Position numbers and translations under genes: made by a program. Of a stretch of 20,000 nt of DNA, positions 1 to 10,979 are shown one piece after another. Under the pieces are notes generated by a model. That model did no database searches. It was not told the origin of the DNA and was given only the letters and a program-made list of their open reading frames with translations. Origin of the DNA: Elsinoe ampelina (taxonomy: Eukaryota); assembly GCA_010093995.1 (NCBI GenBank), contig ML992511.1, forward strand, positions 680,341 to 700,340. The letters run 5' to 3'. Every line of letters begins with the position of its first letter. Positions within the stretch are counted from its first letter, which is position 1.

Positions 1-690
1 AACCTATAACATTGCTTTGCTTATTGTATATATAGTAGTCTGTTATAATTAATATTACTCTTAGCTAATCAAACTTAATATCTATATTCTCCTTAGACAC
101 GGTAGTTGTAGCTTTATAACGTATAAGTAAAAGATCTCTAATCGAGTAGATAGGACGTATCTCTCTATCCTTACGAACTACTAATAGTATGTTGTCTAGT
201 TAATTAGAGAGTAAAGGCACTTATAATTACAATTAGCAATTCGAGGATTTATTCGAGGTAAGCGTATTAGCACTATTCTACGCTCCTCTAGGCTTATATA
301 ATCTTAAGTATAACTATACCTACTAACGTCTAAAATTAGTACTTATCTTATAGACAAGAGCATAGAAGGCAGCTTAACTGTCGCTACTCTCTAAGAGCTC
401 TATTGTACGCCGAAACGTGCACCGAATATTATTACTATCTAGTGCTACTAGAAGTACCTTCTTCTCTAACTTTCTCCTATTAGAAATCGACCTAAATATT
501 CTTCTAACTATACCTTTGCCTATTATAATATCCTCTAAGAGACTATATAAGTCTCTATAGCCTTTATTGTTAAGAGCAAGGGCTTACTTAATAGCTTTAA
601 TTAAGTATATTACTAGTTAATAAGAAGTAGATATAGGTATAGCTACGGAGGAGAGGAGAGAGGTAGAGGTAAGAGAGTAGCAGTATAGGT
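1..690 (-). pseudogene. Possible RIP-degraded minus-strand ORF fragment, unknown product, running off the window edge
   Basis: One minus frame is protein-like (KKVLLVALD..IRCTFRRTIELLES...AAFYALV...; LDNILLVVRKDREIRPIYSIRDLL). No family recognised. Confidence 0.25.
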
Positions 691-870
691 AGCAATTCGG
701 TGTAAGTGTTGCTTACGATAGATAAGCCTTAGATCTTAGTTTACTTACGAGAGGGGCATGCTAGAATTATGCTTAGTTATAATTAATTAGCCTAAACTAA
801 TACTCGTAGAACTACAAAGTTCGATATGCTAAACTTTATCTTTTCTTAGTTTTGTCGTATACTTATTACG

Positions 871-1670
871 TAGCGACATAACTATATTATAAATACAATT
901 CGTAATAACGCCTTAGTTTGCGCCCTCCGCTTATACCGACCTAAACGTAGGTATTAGCGTCCCTAGTATAACCTTTTCTCTCCTCTCTATTCGACCTTAA
1001 TAATAGCTAGCTATCTATTATAGCAGATTCCCGCGCCTAGTATACTACAATTATTAATTGTTATATATACTATAGCAACTCTAATATTTACTCCTACCTC
1101 GCTGTTGCTACTACTTCTAATAGTATTCTCTATACTAGCTATATCGTGTTTATAGAATTAACTACTACTAGTACCTAGTAGTTACGCCGGAGTAAATCTA
1201 TTATAGTATACCTCTCTATCTTGCCTACTACGCCGCTATAGGCTTAAGGGTGCGTAAGGAGACTTCGATATCTCTTTCTCTCTCCCTACTACCGCTACTC
1301 TCTATAGCTTCCTTTATACTAGCTATATATTATTAGTAGGATTAGCTACTATCTCTACCTAGTAGCTACGACTAAGTAAATCTATCGCGGAGTATCTCCC
1401 GATCTTATAGATAGCGCTACTAGGGGTTCTAGCATACGTAAAGAGAGTAGAGGAGCTAGCGTCTACTAGGAATTACCTGCCTTATAGTATAAGAATATTA
1501 AGGGGAGAATTACGGAGGAATAACTAGTATAATAAAGAGAAAGAGACAGAGGTATATCGTAGGCAAAGATACATCTACTACCTCCTACTAGATAGTAGCT
1601 TACTATAGAGAGCGTCGTAGGCGGAGCTATATTAGTAGTATTCTCTTTTATAATTGCTTTTATAGCAGGG
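871..1670. repeat. Direct repeat 1, copy A (~800 bp; partner 8044-8842)
   Basis: Directly alignable, e.g. tattagcgtccctagtataaccttttctctcctctctatt at ~952 and ~8125. Differences are mostly transitions, with one small indel. Confidence 0.95.
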
Positions 1671-2389
1671 TTTTGTTATTAGTAGTGCTTTGTTATAACT
1701 TTCTTACGTTAGTAATATACTTCTTTCTACGTAGATTGTATATCTATTACTTTAATCTCCCTCCTCTAACTAGTAAATAAAATCTCCTTATCTAATATAT
1801 ATAAGTATACTATATATCTTTCTTTATTCCTTGTTATTTGTCTTATCTCCTATCTACTATAAAGACATTAAGGTTGTTACTTTACACAATAATGCTCTTT
1901 GTTAAATAGTTCGCTAGCTGTTTAAAGTATATATAACTTTATATATAGTACTAATATATAAGTGTTTAGTATAGTTAATTACTTCGACACTAATTTTCTG
2001 TAATAATTAGCACTTATAACATTCTCTAATAGCTATGTTTTGTTTGCTTACCTAATTTACACCCTATAATATTTGTTAGTAGTAAACTAACTTATTTACT
2101 TTTAGTTCTAGTATCGACCTAATATTAGTAATTATTACGTGTTACTATTAGCACGTACGAAATATAGACTTAGTTAACTTAGTTTACTTTTAGGTCGAGG
2201 CCTAAACTAGATCTTAGTTATAAGTGTACTACTTACTTTAGTATATTATCTTAAATACAAATTTTATTATATTTAAGAAGTTACTACCTACTTTCTATAT
2301 AGTATTTTAATATTATACTAGGTAGTAGGTATTTATAATTACTACTGTTTACTCTATAGTACTTAACTTACTACGCTTAGTTCCTAGCT

Positions 2390-5300
2390 ATATAATCTTA
2401 ACTCCTCTAACCTTACCTGCCTTATATAACGCCTTTACTAGTAGACATTCTTATACTTATTAAATATATATAATAGCACTATACTGCCGAAGATAAAGAA
2501 GCTAAAGGTCGCTACTAAACCTATAGAAAAGATTCTACTTAATAACCTTATACTAGCTCTTGTTAAGAATACGCTTTATAATAATAATATTAGTAAGAAA
2601 TCTATCTAATTCTTCTTTAATTAGGATAACTAGTAATACTCTACTACATTTACGAGGATAAAGAAAATAATCTTAAAAGTCTTTATAGAATCTAATATTA
2701 AAATTAAGAAACAAGACAGAAGCGAGTTATATAATCCTAAGGTGCTTAAAGCATATCTTAAAATTGAAACTAGACTACTAAATAGCATACCTAACAATTT
2801 CTAGCTCTTTGTTAACCGACTAGATCGGAAAGATCTAGACTAGTTTAAGGAGAACTTACGGACTATAGTTAATATTAATAAGATAAAAGCTATATAGCGA
2901 TTATTCCGAAATACTATATAATTAATAAGGGCAAATCTCCTATTAGTTAAAAGGGAAAGAATAACGTTACTAGGTAAAGAAGGCACCTAGAGTCTATATC
3001 CTTTAGCTACCTCGTCCGTATAGACACTAATGCTCTTCTAAGTAAGAACACCATCCTCGGAGAGATATATAACTTGTGTAAAGACAGGTAATAAGAGATT
3101 AGATTTGTATATATAGCCTCGTTATAGAATGTTTAGCTTTAACTAGGGGCTAGTGTCTAATTATGTCTAGATTAACATTAAATTCGCTACGATCTAGATT
3201 ATAGAGATTATTAAAGCAGATACTATTCCGTATCTAATATTAAGAAAGAACATCCGCGTCTATGACTTAAGAAAGCCTAGTACTAGCAAGGACAAGAATT
3301 GTTGTGTTAATTACTATATCGGTAAGCTTAGGTAGATTCTTAACATTAGAGATAATTACCTCTAACTCTACTAGCTTAACATATATAACTCCGCATAAGT
3401 CTTCGCTATTAAAGACTCTTTCGATCTAGACGCCGCTATTACTAAGTATGTTATAACTCTTATCCCCGGTGCCTATAAGATCTTTCTCTATCTTACTTCT
3501 TCTATAGTATCTATTAAAGATCTTCTCGACTTTATATAAAGTAAGTTTACCCCTTTCCTATTTATCTATGTATACTAACACTTATAGACAACCCTTATTA
3601 ATATTATAGTGGCTAGCAACTACTTCCTTTAGCCGAGGTTACTATAGAAGAAAACTCGGAAGTGTTTCTTACTCCTAAGAAGCTTTGCTTTATAGATATT
3701 AATACTAACAAGAAGCGTAAAGGAGATTAGTAGAAAGAGAATATTATAATATAGAACATTTAATACCCGCAATAGCGACTAAACCGCTAAAGGCAAGAGC
3801 GGTAATACTACTATATTTTATTTGCTATTATGTTATTTATAAAACTGTTTAGTTCTTAACTAATAAAGTTTTATTTAGCTCGTTCTGCCCCTAAGAGCCT
3901 ATAGCCCCTATAAATCCTGCGATTTCCGTTATTATTATTAGAAGTAAACTTACTTAATAGTTCTATAACTATAGCTAGACGGATTTCAACTAACCTAGCA
4001 ACTTAGTTCGGAGTGTAGTTTTACTTTATATAGTTTTAGAAGAATATAGCTCCTTCTCCCCTACTAGAAGAACATAGCCTATTTAGACTATAGTATATAC
4101 TACTAAGGCGCTATTTATATTTCTACTACTTTAATAGCTTAAAGAATATTATATAAGCTACTATATACCTAAGGCCGGCTATCTATCTAGATAAATACGA
4201 TCTCTCGGAGCTCTCTAATACCTCTTCTAAGTTTCACTTTATTACTAGTAACTTCCTATAGCCCGCCTAGTACGCTATAACGTATTATAGTAAAGAGAGC
4301 AAGTCCGAGAAGATAATAACTTACTTCTACTAACACAAGATTAACATCGGTATTAAAAAAGTAATATGTTCTTAATATTATTAACAATAGAAACGAAGTA
4401 ATGCCACTATAGATACAATAGACTAGAGCGTTTAATAATAAGTAAAACAAGTTAGCGAGATAGGATCTTATCCCCTATTATAGTAGAAGCAATAGTATAA
4501 GTTTTAGTTCTATACCGAACTTAGAGTTAACTAAATTAAATAAGAATAGTATAGTGCTATAAAGAAGCGCGTAGGTGTTACTACTAACATAGTTATTAGG
4601 CTTTACTCTTATATACTAGCAAGGTTTATACGTAGTATACTTAGAAGTTAATAAAGAATTCCCGCCGACTATTATTAGTTCTAGCTACTACCTCCTAACA
4701 AATAGCAAAGATACTTTAGGTCAGGTTACGCCTCTTAACTAAGTATAAACTTAAGTTAGTTTAGTTAGCCTAAAACTAGAGACAAACTTATTTTATATTA
4801 GGGCGGATAAGTTCTTTAAGGGAACACTATAACACCTAGCTATCTTATACCTCTCCTTGTTAGGCAATTGCTACTTAGTATTAGCATAGCTCTACCGACT
4901 ATATACGTAGGTTTAGTATTAAGCTTAATATTTAATATAAGGTTAATTACACCGAGAGAAAGGGATTAGATACCTACTACTTAACGAAGGTAGCTTTGAC
5001 ATAGTAGAGCTAGTCTCTATCTATAGGCAGTAAAGACGTACCTATTATAAAGAATAAGAGAGGATAAACTAGACACGATTTAACTTAATATTACTATATA
5101 ATATAATAAGAGGTAGCTCTCCGCCTATACAAAGGTAATATAAGAATAGTTAAAGCCTATCGTAGCTCTCTTTTCGTAAATATAATAGTTACTTCTTGTT
5201 TCTAGTTCGAAATCTTCGTATTAGTCCTTATATAGATAGCTAGACTTCTATTTATTCCTCTTAACATGTATCTTGACCTAATTATAAAACATTTAGTAGC

Positions 5301-6360
5301 TACGCTTGCTTTTATGTCTTATTAGGTTTAAGATATTTCTAACTAGGACTCTAAAGTTTTAATCGAGGATAGATATCTTATTTCTTTAGCGGCACTATAT
5401 ATATAAATCGCTTCGCGCATAGGGGAGTATACCTTAACTACGATTATAGAGACGCTATATAGGAGAGAGTAGTATAGAATAATATCTATATTTAATAAGT
5501 AAAAGGAACCTAGAGGTAATTATACTAGATGTTATTACAAGCTTGCTTTATTTACTCCGCCGCCTCGCTAGTATAGAAAGAGTAATAACATTAACTAATA
5601 TTATAGCAGGGGCTATAAATACTTCTTAGACTTTATACCTCGAGCTAAAGTAGTAGATAAGCATATAGCTAGCGCTACGCTAGATTAGAAATATAGGGCC
5701 TTTATGTTATTATTCCTAAGATTATAGAATAGAAAGCCTATAGTTAGAAAACTAAGAGGTAGTAAGGGATTATTCGTGTATATAACTCTATAGCGCTAGC
5801 AGTAGCTATAGTAGTTAGTTCGACTTAGTTAGTCTAGTTCGGTTGTTACTAATAAGAGAGCTACATCTACAATAACTTAAGAGAATCCCGAATAGCTAAG
5901 CTATCGGAATTAGTAAAGGTACTAAAGTTATCGTTGTTAATTATAGAGAGAAGTCTATAGTAAGCTACGTAGGTATTATTAGAGTAGCTATATCGAAGTA
6001 AACTTACTTCGAGAAGGCTACGCTAGTTAGTTTATAACTAGGAATAGCGTATAGTTCTATAACAAGTAGAGTACTAGTGCTTCTACCTTAATAGTGTAAC
6101 TTCGCTTAACACAAAGTTAGTGTGTAGATCTAATTATTATAGTAGACTTCCGATAGTGCCTTAGAGAATATAATATTCGCTAGCGTAGATATAATAACAG
6201 CGTTTATGCTTAAGCTAACTATACTATCCTATCGGCTAAAGAAGTAAGTTAACTATAGCTACGATACACTAACGATAATATAGAAGGTTATATAAGACAA
6301 TATAGCAAAGCAAACGAACTAAAAGCGTAGTTGTTTAAACTAATAGAGGAGTAATAGTAA
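2390..6360 (+). pseudogene. Diverged, frameshifted paralog of the unknown ORF + SNF2 helicase, copy A
   Basis: Colinear anchors to copy B at ~7.2-7.35 kb offset: 2399/9601, 2610/9860, 2838/10084, 3430/10670, intron 5814/13158, CVDLIIIVD (~6121) vs CFDTIILLD, ataacagcgtttatgcttaagctaact (6194) vs atagaggcgtttataataaagccgaca (13535), and ataatatagaaggtt (6275/13616). Motif I is not clearly readable and small indels shift the frame. Confidence 0.6.
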
Positions 6361-6589
6361 ATTATTAGTTTATCCTTGTTAAGATTGGTTAAGGGAACAC
6401 TTACAATTTTCACCTAAAAAGCGCTAGTTTTAGTTTAGCGAACTAATTAACTACCCCTAATAGATTAACTATAGGTATAAACGACCTAATGTTATACAGC
6501 CGAGGCGTCTTTATATACCGCTATTACTATTTTTTTGTAGAGGCTATTTATAACTAACTTATTACAATACTAGTAACAAGTCGAGACAC

Positions 6590-7343
6590 GAGATAGTAAG
6601 AGCTATAAATTGTTTACTAGCTGAAATTATTATGCCTAGGCGGCACTCTCTATTTTATAATTGCTATAAAAGCCTCTACTAAGAACAATAGCGCGACAAT
6701 AGCTAATTAAGTATAGTATTTAACATTGTTCTTAAGCGAGAGATAGCTAATAAACTCTATCGCCTAGATATATTAGAGCAAACTCTGTCTCGATGTGTCT
6801 AGTACTATAGCGTAGATATAATTTTAGCTTTAGTCCGCCGACGCTATACAATAGCTTAGTCCTATTAGCTCTACTACGAATTACGGTAAATAAGAACCGA
6901 ACTAAGTAACGAGGTAGAAACGATAGCCTATAGCTAGCGTTAGGTGTCCTTCCCCCTTTGCCTACTATATAGTATAGTATAGTAGATAATTCTCTTAGTC
7001 TCTTTACTAACCTCGACCCTCGACCTCTAGCATATAGAACAGATAGTAATAGTAATAGTAGGCTCGATAGTGACATATATAAGGAAGAGAAGAGCATAGA
7101 CAAGGTTATAATAGAAGGCACGCACGAGAAAGAGTAAGTAATTACAGTAAGTATAACTAGTAGCACGTCTATAGGGCGGAGTACTAGGAGGTTGTTCTTA
7201 TCTAGTAGAGCTATATCTAATTATACTACGTTCGAGATAGTAACTAGTATACTAGCTAGTAGCGAGGAGTTAGTAATAGACATAGTTTATCCTTAGTTTA
7301 CATTAACTAATCTTGTCTAGATCTCCCTAAGTCTATAATATAT
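6590..7343 (+). pseudogene. 5' fragment (exon 1 + intron) of Plavaka transposase, copy A, truncated
   Basis: About 6830-7343 aligns with ~14180-14695 and is near-identical from ~6944. Similarity stops abruptly 23 nt after the intron acceptor. Confidence 0.7.
6885..7343. repeat. Direct repeat 2, copy A (~460 bp; partner ~14237-14695)
   Basis: Shared from gtgtccttccccctttgcctactatat through gtctagatctccctaagtctataatatat. Offset is 7352 at the 3' end. Confidence 0.95.
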
Positions 7344-7721
7344 CCTTCGCCCCGAGCGATTAATAAGATATAGCTTAGCTAGGGACCCTTAGCTCGGCGC
7401 TCTAACGTTTAATAAAAGGCAAGCTACTAACTTAGATAAATAATTTTAATTCGAGTTAGGTCGTCGTAGTAGAAGTGCCTTCTAGTAGAATACACTTGCC
7501 GTAGACTACTAGCCTCTATATAATGTTCTAACAAATCTACTTCTACCTACGTAAGGGTACTAAAGATATGTCTAAGTTACATACGCGAAGGCTATAGTAG
7601 TCTAACTAATAGTAAAATAGTATTTACTAGTAGGAAGCTTACTCGGCTTAAATTTAGTAGTATAAATCGTTGCTTTACTCTATCTCTAGCATGTTATATA
7701 TAGCAGTAGTAGAGGGCGGCC

Positions 7722-7916
7722 GGTAGAGGACAGCTAGTAGTTTATTACGTCGAACTAACAATTTCTTAGTTCTCTCTCTCGAAGTTTAAAGATGATCTAA
7801 AATTTCGACCTAACTATAGCTAGTAGGGGATAGCTAGTAGTTTATTACGTCGAACTAACAATTTCTTAGTCCTCTCTCTCGAAGTTTAAGGATGACCTAA
7901 AATTTCGACCTAACTA
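7722..7916. repeat. Tandem repeat, 2 copies of a 100-bp unit
   Basis: agctagtagtttattacgtcgaactaacaatttcttagt(t/c)ctctctctcgaagtttaa(a/g)gatga(t/c)ctaaaatttcgacctaacta at 7732 and 7832. Confidence 0.95.
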
Positions 7917-8009
7917 GATTAAGTACTCCTCGGAACTCAATTATATAATGCTATCTAATTATGTTCTTCTCTAAAGTTAAGTATTGTATGTTTAGAGACT
8001 TATAATCTT

Positions 8010-9120
8010 TATAACATTATAAACGCGTTACAAACCCTGTTTATAGCGATATAACTATATCGTAGACACGATTTACTATAACGCCTTAGTTCGCGCTCTC
8101 TACTTATACTAACCTAAATATAGATATTAGCGTCCCTAGTATAACCTTTTCTCTCCTCTCTATTTAACCTTAATAATAGCTAGCTATCTATTATAGCGGA
8201 TCCCCTGCCTAGTATACTATAATTATCTATTACTATATATACGATAGCGACTCTAATATTTACTCCTATATCGCTATCGCTACTACTTCTAATAGTATCC
8301 TCTATACTAGCTATATCGTATTTGTAGAATTAACTACCGCTAGTACCTAGTAGTTACGCCGGAGTAAATCTATTATAGTATACCTCTCTATCTTGCCTAC
8401 TACGCCGCTATAGGCTTAAGGGTGTATAAGGAGACTTCGATACCTCTTTCTCTCTCTCCGCTACTACTACCCTCTATAGCTTTCTTTACACTAGCTACGT
8501 ATTATTAGTAGGACTAGCTACTATCTCTACCTAGTAGCTACGACTAAGCGAATCTATTACGGAGCATCTCCTAATCTTATAGATAGCGCTACTAGGGGTT
8601 CTAGCGTATGTAAAGAGAGTAGAGAAGCTAGCGTCTACCAGGAATTACCTACCTTATAGTATAAGGATATTAAGGGGAGGATTATAGAGGAATAACTAGT
8701 ATAACAAAGAGAAAGAGATAGAGGAATATCGCGGGCAAAGATACGTCTACTACCTTCTACTAGATAGTAGCTTACTATAGAGAGCATTGTAGGCGGAGCT
8801 ATACTAGTAGTATCCTCTCTTACTATTACCTTCCTAGTAGGGCTAGGCGAGGAATAAAGCGCATTTATAATTATGTAGAATGTACTATTAACTGCCTATT
8901 CCGCGGAATGTATAGCCTTTACTCTACCCTACTACTCGATTCTATATATAGCAATTATAAAGTCTAAATAATTAGATAGTAGTATATTACTTTCTTTATT
9001 CCTTTACTAGTATCTATAAGCTATACTATACGCTATATATACTATGCCCTTTATTCCGCTATAGGCTACTAACTACCTTCTATTTATATTCTATTGCTAT
9101 TGTCCTTTATATACGAATAC
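8010..9120 (-). pseudogene. RIP-degraded minus-strand ORF, Ser/Pro/Arg-rich low-complexity protein, divergent from the SNF2 locus (copy B; copy A ~870-1870)
   Basis: One minus frame reads continuously with only TAA/TAG stops (REDTTSIAPPTMLS...RREKEVSKSPYTPLS...DIASIEDTIRSSSDSD). The 5' part is still detectably related between copies (ctttctttattcctt at ~1818 and ~8990). Confidence 0.4.
8044..8842. repeat. Direct repeat 1, copy B
   Basis: Aligns to 871-1670 at an offset of 7172-7173. Confidence 0.95.
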
Positions 9121-9582
9121 TAGTTTCGCTATTAAAATATTATTTAATTATTTTACATTAACTACTACTATATTCTCTCTATTTATTAGACTATTATCCC
9201 TTAAGATCTACCCTAAACACGACAATAGTATCCTTAGTGTATACGGCATATAAAATAAAAGGTAACTAAGTATATAGACTATAGTTACTCTTAGTTTAGT
9301 ATCTAAACTAAGTAATCTACTATTACATGTATACTGTATCTAGTATACTACTACGTGCTTAGTTTAGGGCCTAACCTAAGTCGACTAAATTTAGGTTACT
9401 TCTCTCTTTAATTGCTTTAGTTTACCTTTATTTATACTCTCTTATATATAAACAAATAACTTATATAGCTCTCTAGTATTTCTTTAACCTCTTTAACCTC
9501 TCTTTTAAGCGCTCTTTACTTAAATATCTCCTCTTTAGTTAAGTCTTAGTTAGGCATATATTATAAAGTACATAGACTTGCT

Positions 9583-10950
9583 ATGTTAATAAATCCTCTC
9601 TTTAATTCTTCTAAACTTATAAATACGTAACACCTTTATAGAATCTCTTCTTTAATATCTACTATACCTACTTAACCTATTTACTAGATATTATTCTAAG
9701 CTTTATTTATAGCATATACTAAGCTTATAGACGCACGTAATATGTCTAAGAATTAGCCTAATAGCGCTAGTATAGCTACTAATAACATTCCACTCTACGA
9801 AAGACCTCCTATAGAAATTTAAGTATAGCTCAATAAAAACCTTAAGATTAAGAGATTCTTCCTTAAATTCTTTAACTAGGACAATAACTAGTACGCCGCC
9901 GCACGCGTAAGAGCGTAGAAAGAATATAAGAATACCTATATAGTTCTAGGACTTAAATATAAGGAACCTTAGGATAGTAATGTTAATATAACTACAATTA
10001 TAGATAATATTAAAACTTCTCTACGATACTCTTAGGATAACTATACGAAGATCTTCTTTTAAAGACTATACTATTAAGACTAAGACTAGTTTAAGAGGAA
10101 CGTTAGAAACTATAATAATATATCTAGTTATAATATTATTAAAGATTTTGTCCTTACTATTAAGGCGTAAGAGCTTAGGAATAAGAAGAATTAGACTAAA
10201 GTAGACAAGAAGGCTTATCCTAAGAAGCATATTAGAAAGTGCCTCTTCGCTACCTAGTCTAATAGCGGACTCTCTAAAAGATTAGAGACTTCTATACTTA
10301 GTAGCAGACTTATAGGCATAGATATTAATTACTGCACTAGTTAGCCTATACATTAGTAGTAAATGCTAGAGGACATGTCTTATCTAGTCTAGAGCATTAT
10401 CGATAAAACTATTATTAACTTTATAATTGTTAAGTAATTAGACATTAGCCTAGGCATAATTATAAAGAGAGAATGTTCGTGTCGTCTATAAGCGTTTAGT
10501 CTAAGAATTTTAAGGTTATATCCGGAGGATTATAATCTAAACGTATATAGCCTTAATAATATTAGGCTATTCCTAAAGGAGAAGAAGTTAGTTAGTAATA
10601 ACATTATCCTTATATAGATAGATTATATAGAGCTATATAACATCCTACCTATCTTAGACAACTACGACCTACGTGCTGCTATAATTAACTATATTAACTC
10701 TCTAGTTAAAGGTAGTAATGTAATTTTTGTCTATCTTACGCCTAGTATAGATCTAGTTAAGAAGCTCCCTAAAGAAGTACTTTATAAGTTTAATACTTAG
10801 TTCGACTTAGGTATATACTAATATACTTAGTTAACTCTCTTTAGTATTATAATAGTTAGAAGCTATCGACTCTAGTCTAGGAGGAAGAGGAAGAGAAACC
10901 TCTAGCCCTTCTATCTCTAGCTAAGCGCCTACTACTGTGTAAATCTACCT
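9583..10950 (+). pseudogene. RIP-degraded ORF of unknown function (separate gene or long N-terminal region of the SNF2 protein), copy B
   Basis: Frame +1 from atg at 9583 is protein-like, with stops of the TAA/TAG RIP type. It shows codon-level similarity to copy A (10080 gactagtttaagaggaac vs 2838 gactagtttaaggagaac; 10666-10750 vs 3424-3507). Confidence 0.55.
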
Positions 10951-10979
10951 CTAAGAAGTAACCTAGCTCTCTATTACCT

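Noticed and set aside
4256..4450. ORF-track 64-aa hydrophobic ORF
   Set aside because: Antisense to the copy A helicase relic. Its hydrophobicity is an artefact of AT/TA richness.
6747..7166. ORF-track 139-aa minus-strand ORF
   Set aside because: Antisense shadow of the plus-strand transposase exon 1. Its Leu/Ser/Tyr-rich composition is typical of RIPped DNA and it lacks an ATG start.
7916..8044. CACTA-type terminal inverted repeat or target-site duplication
   Set aside because: No convincing TIR pair could be identified by eye. RIP would also have erased CA dinucleotides.
871..8842. Direct repeats 871-1670/8044-8842 (or 6885-7343/14237-14695) as LTRs of a retrotransposon
   Set aside because: No gag/RT/integrase motifs between them, inner boundaries are gradual, and the repeats are parts of coding relics within a larger colinear duplication.
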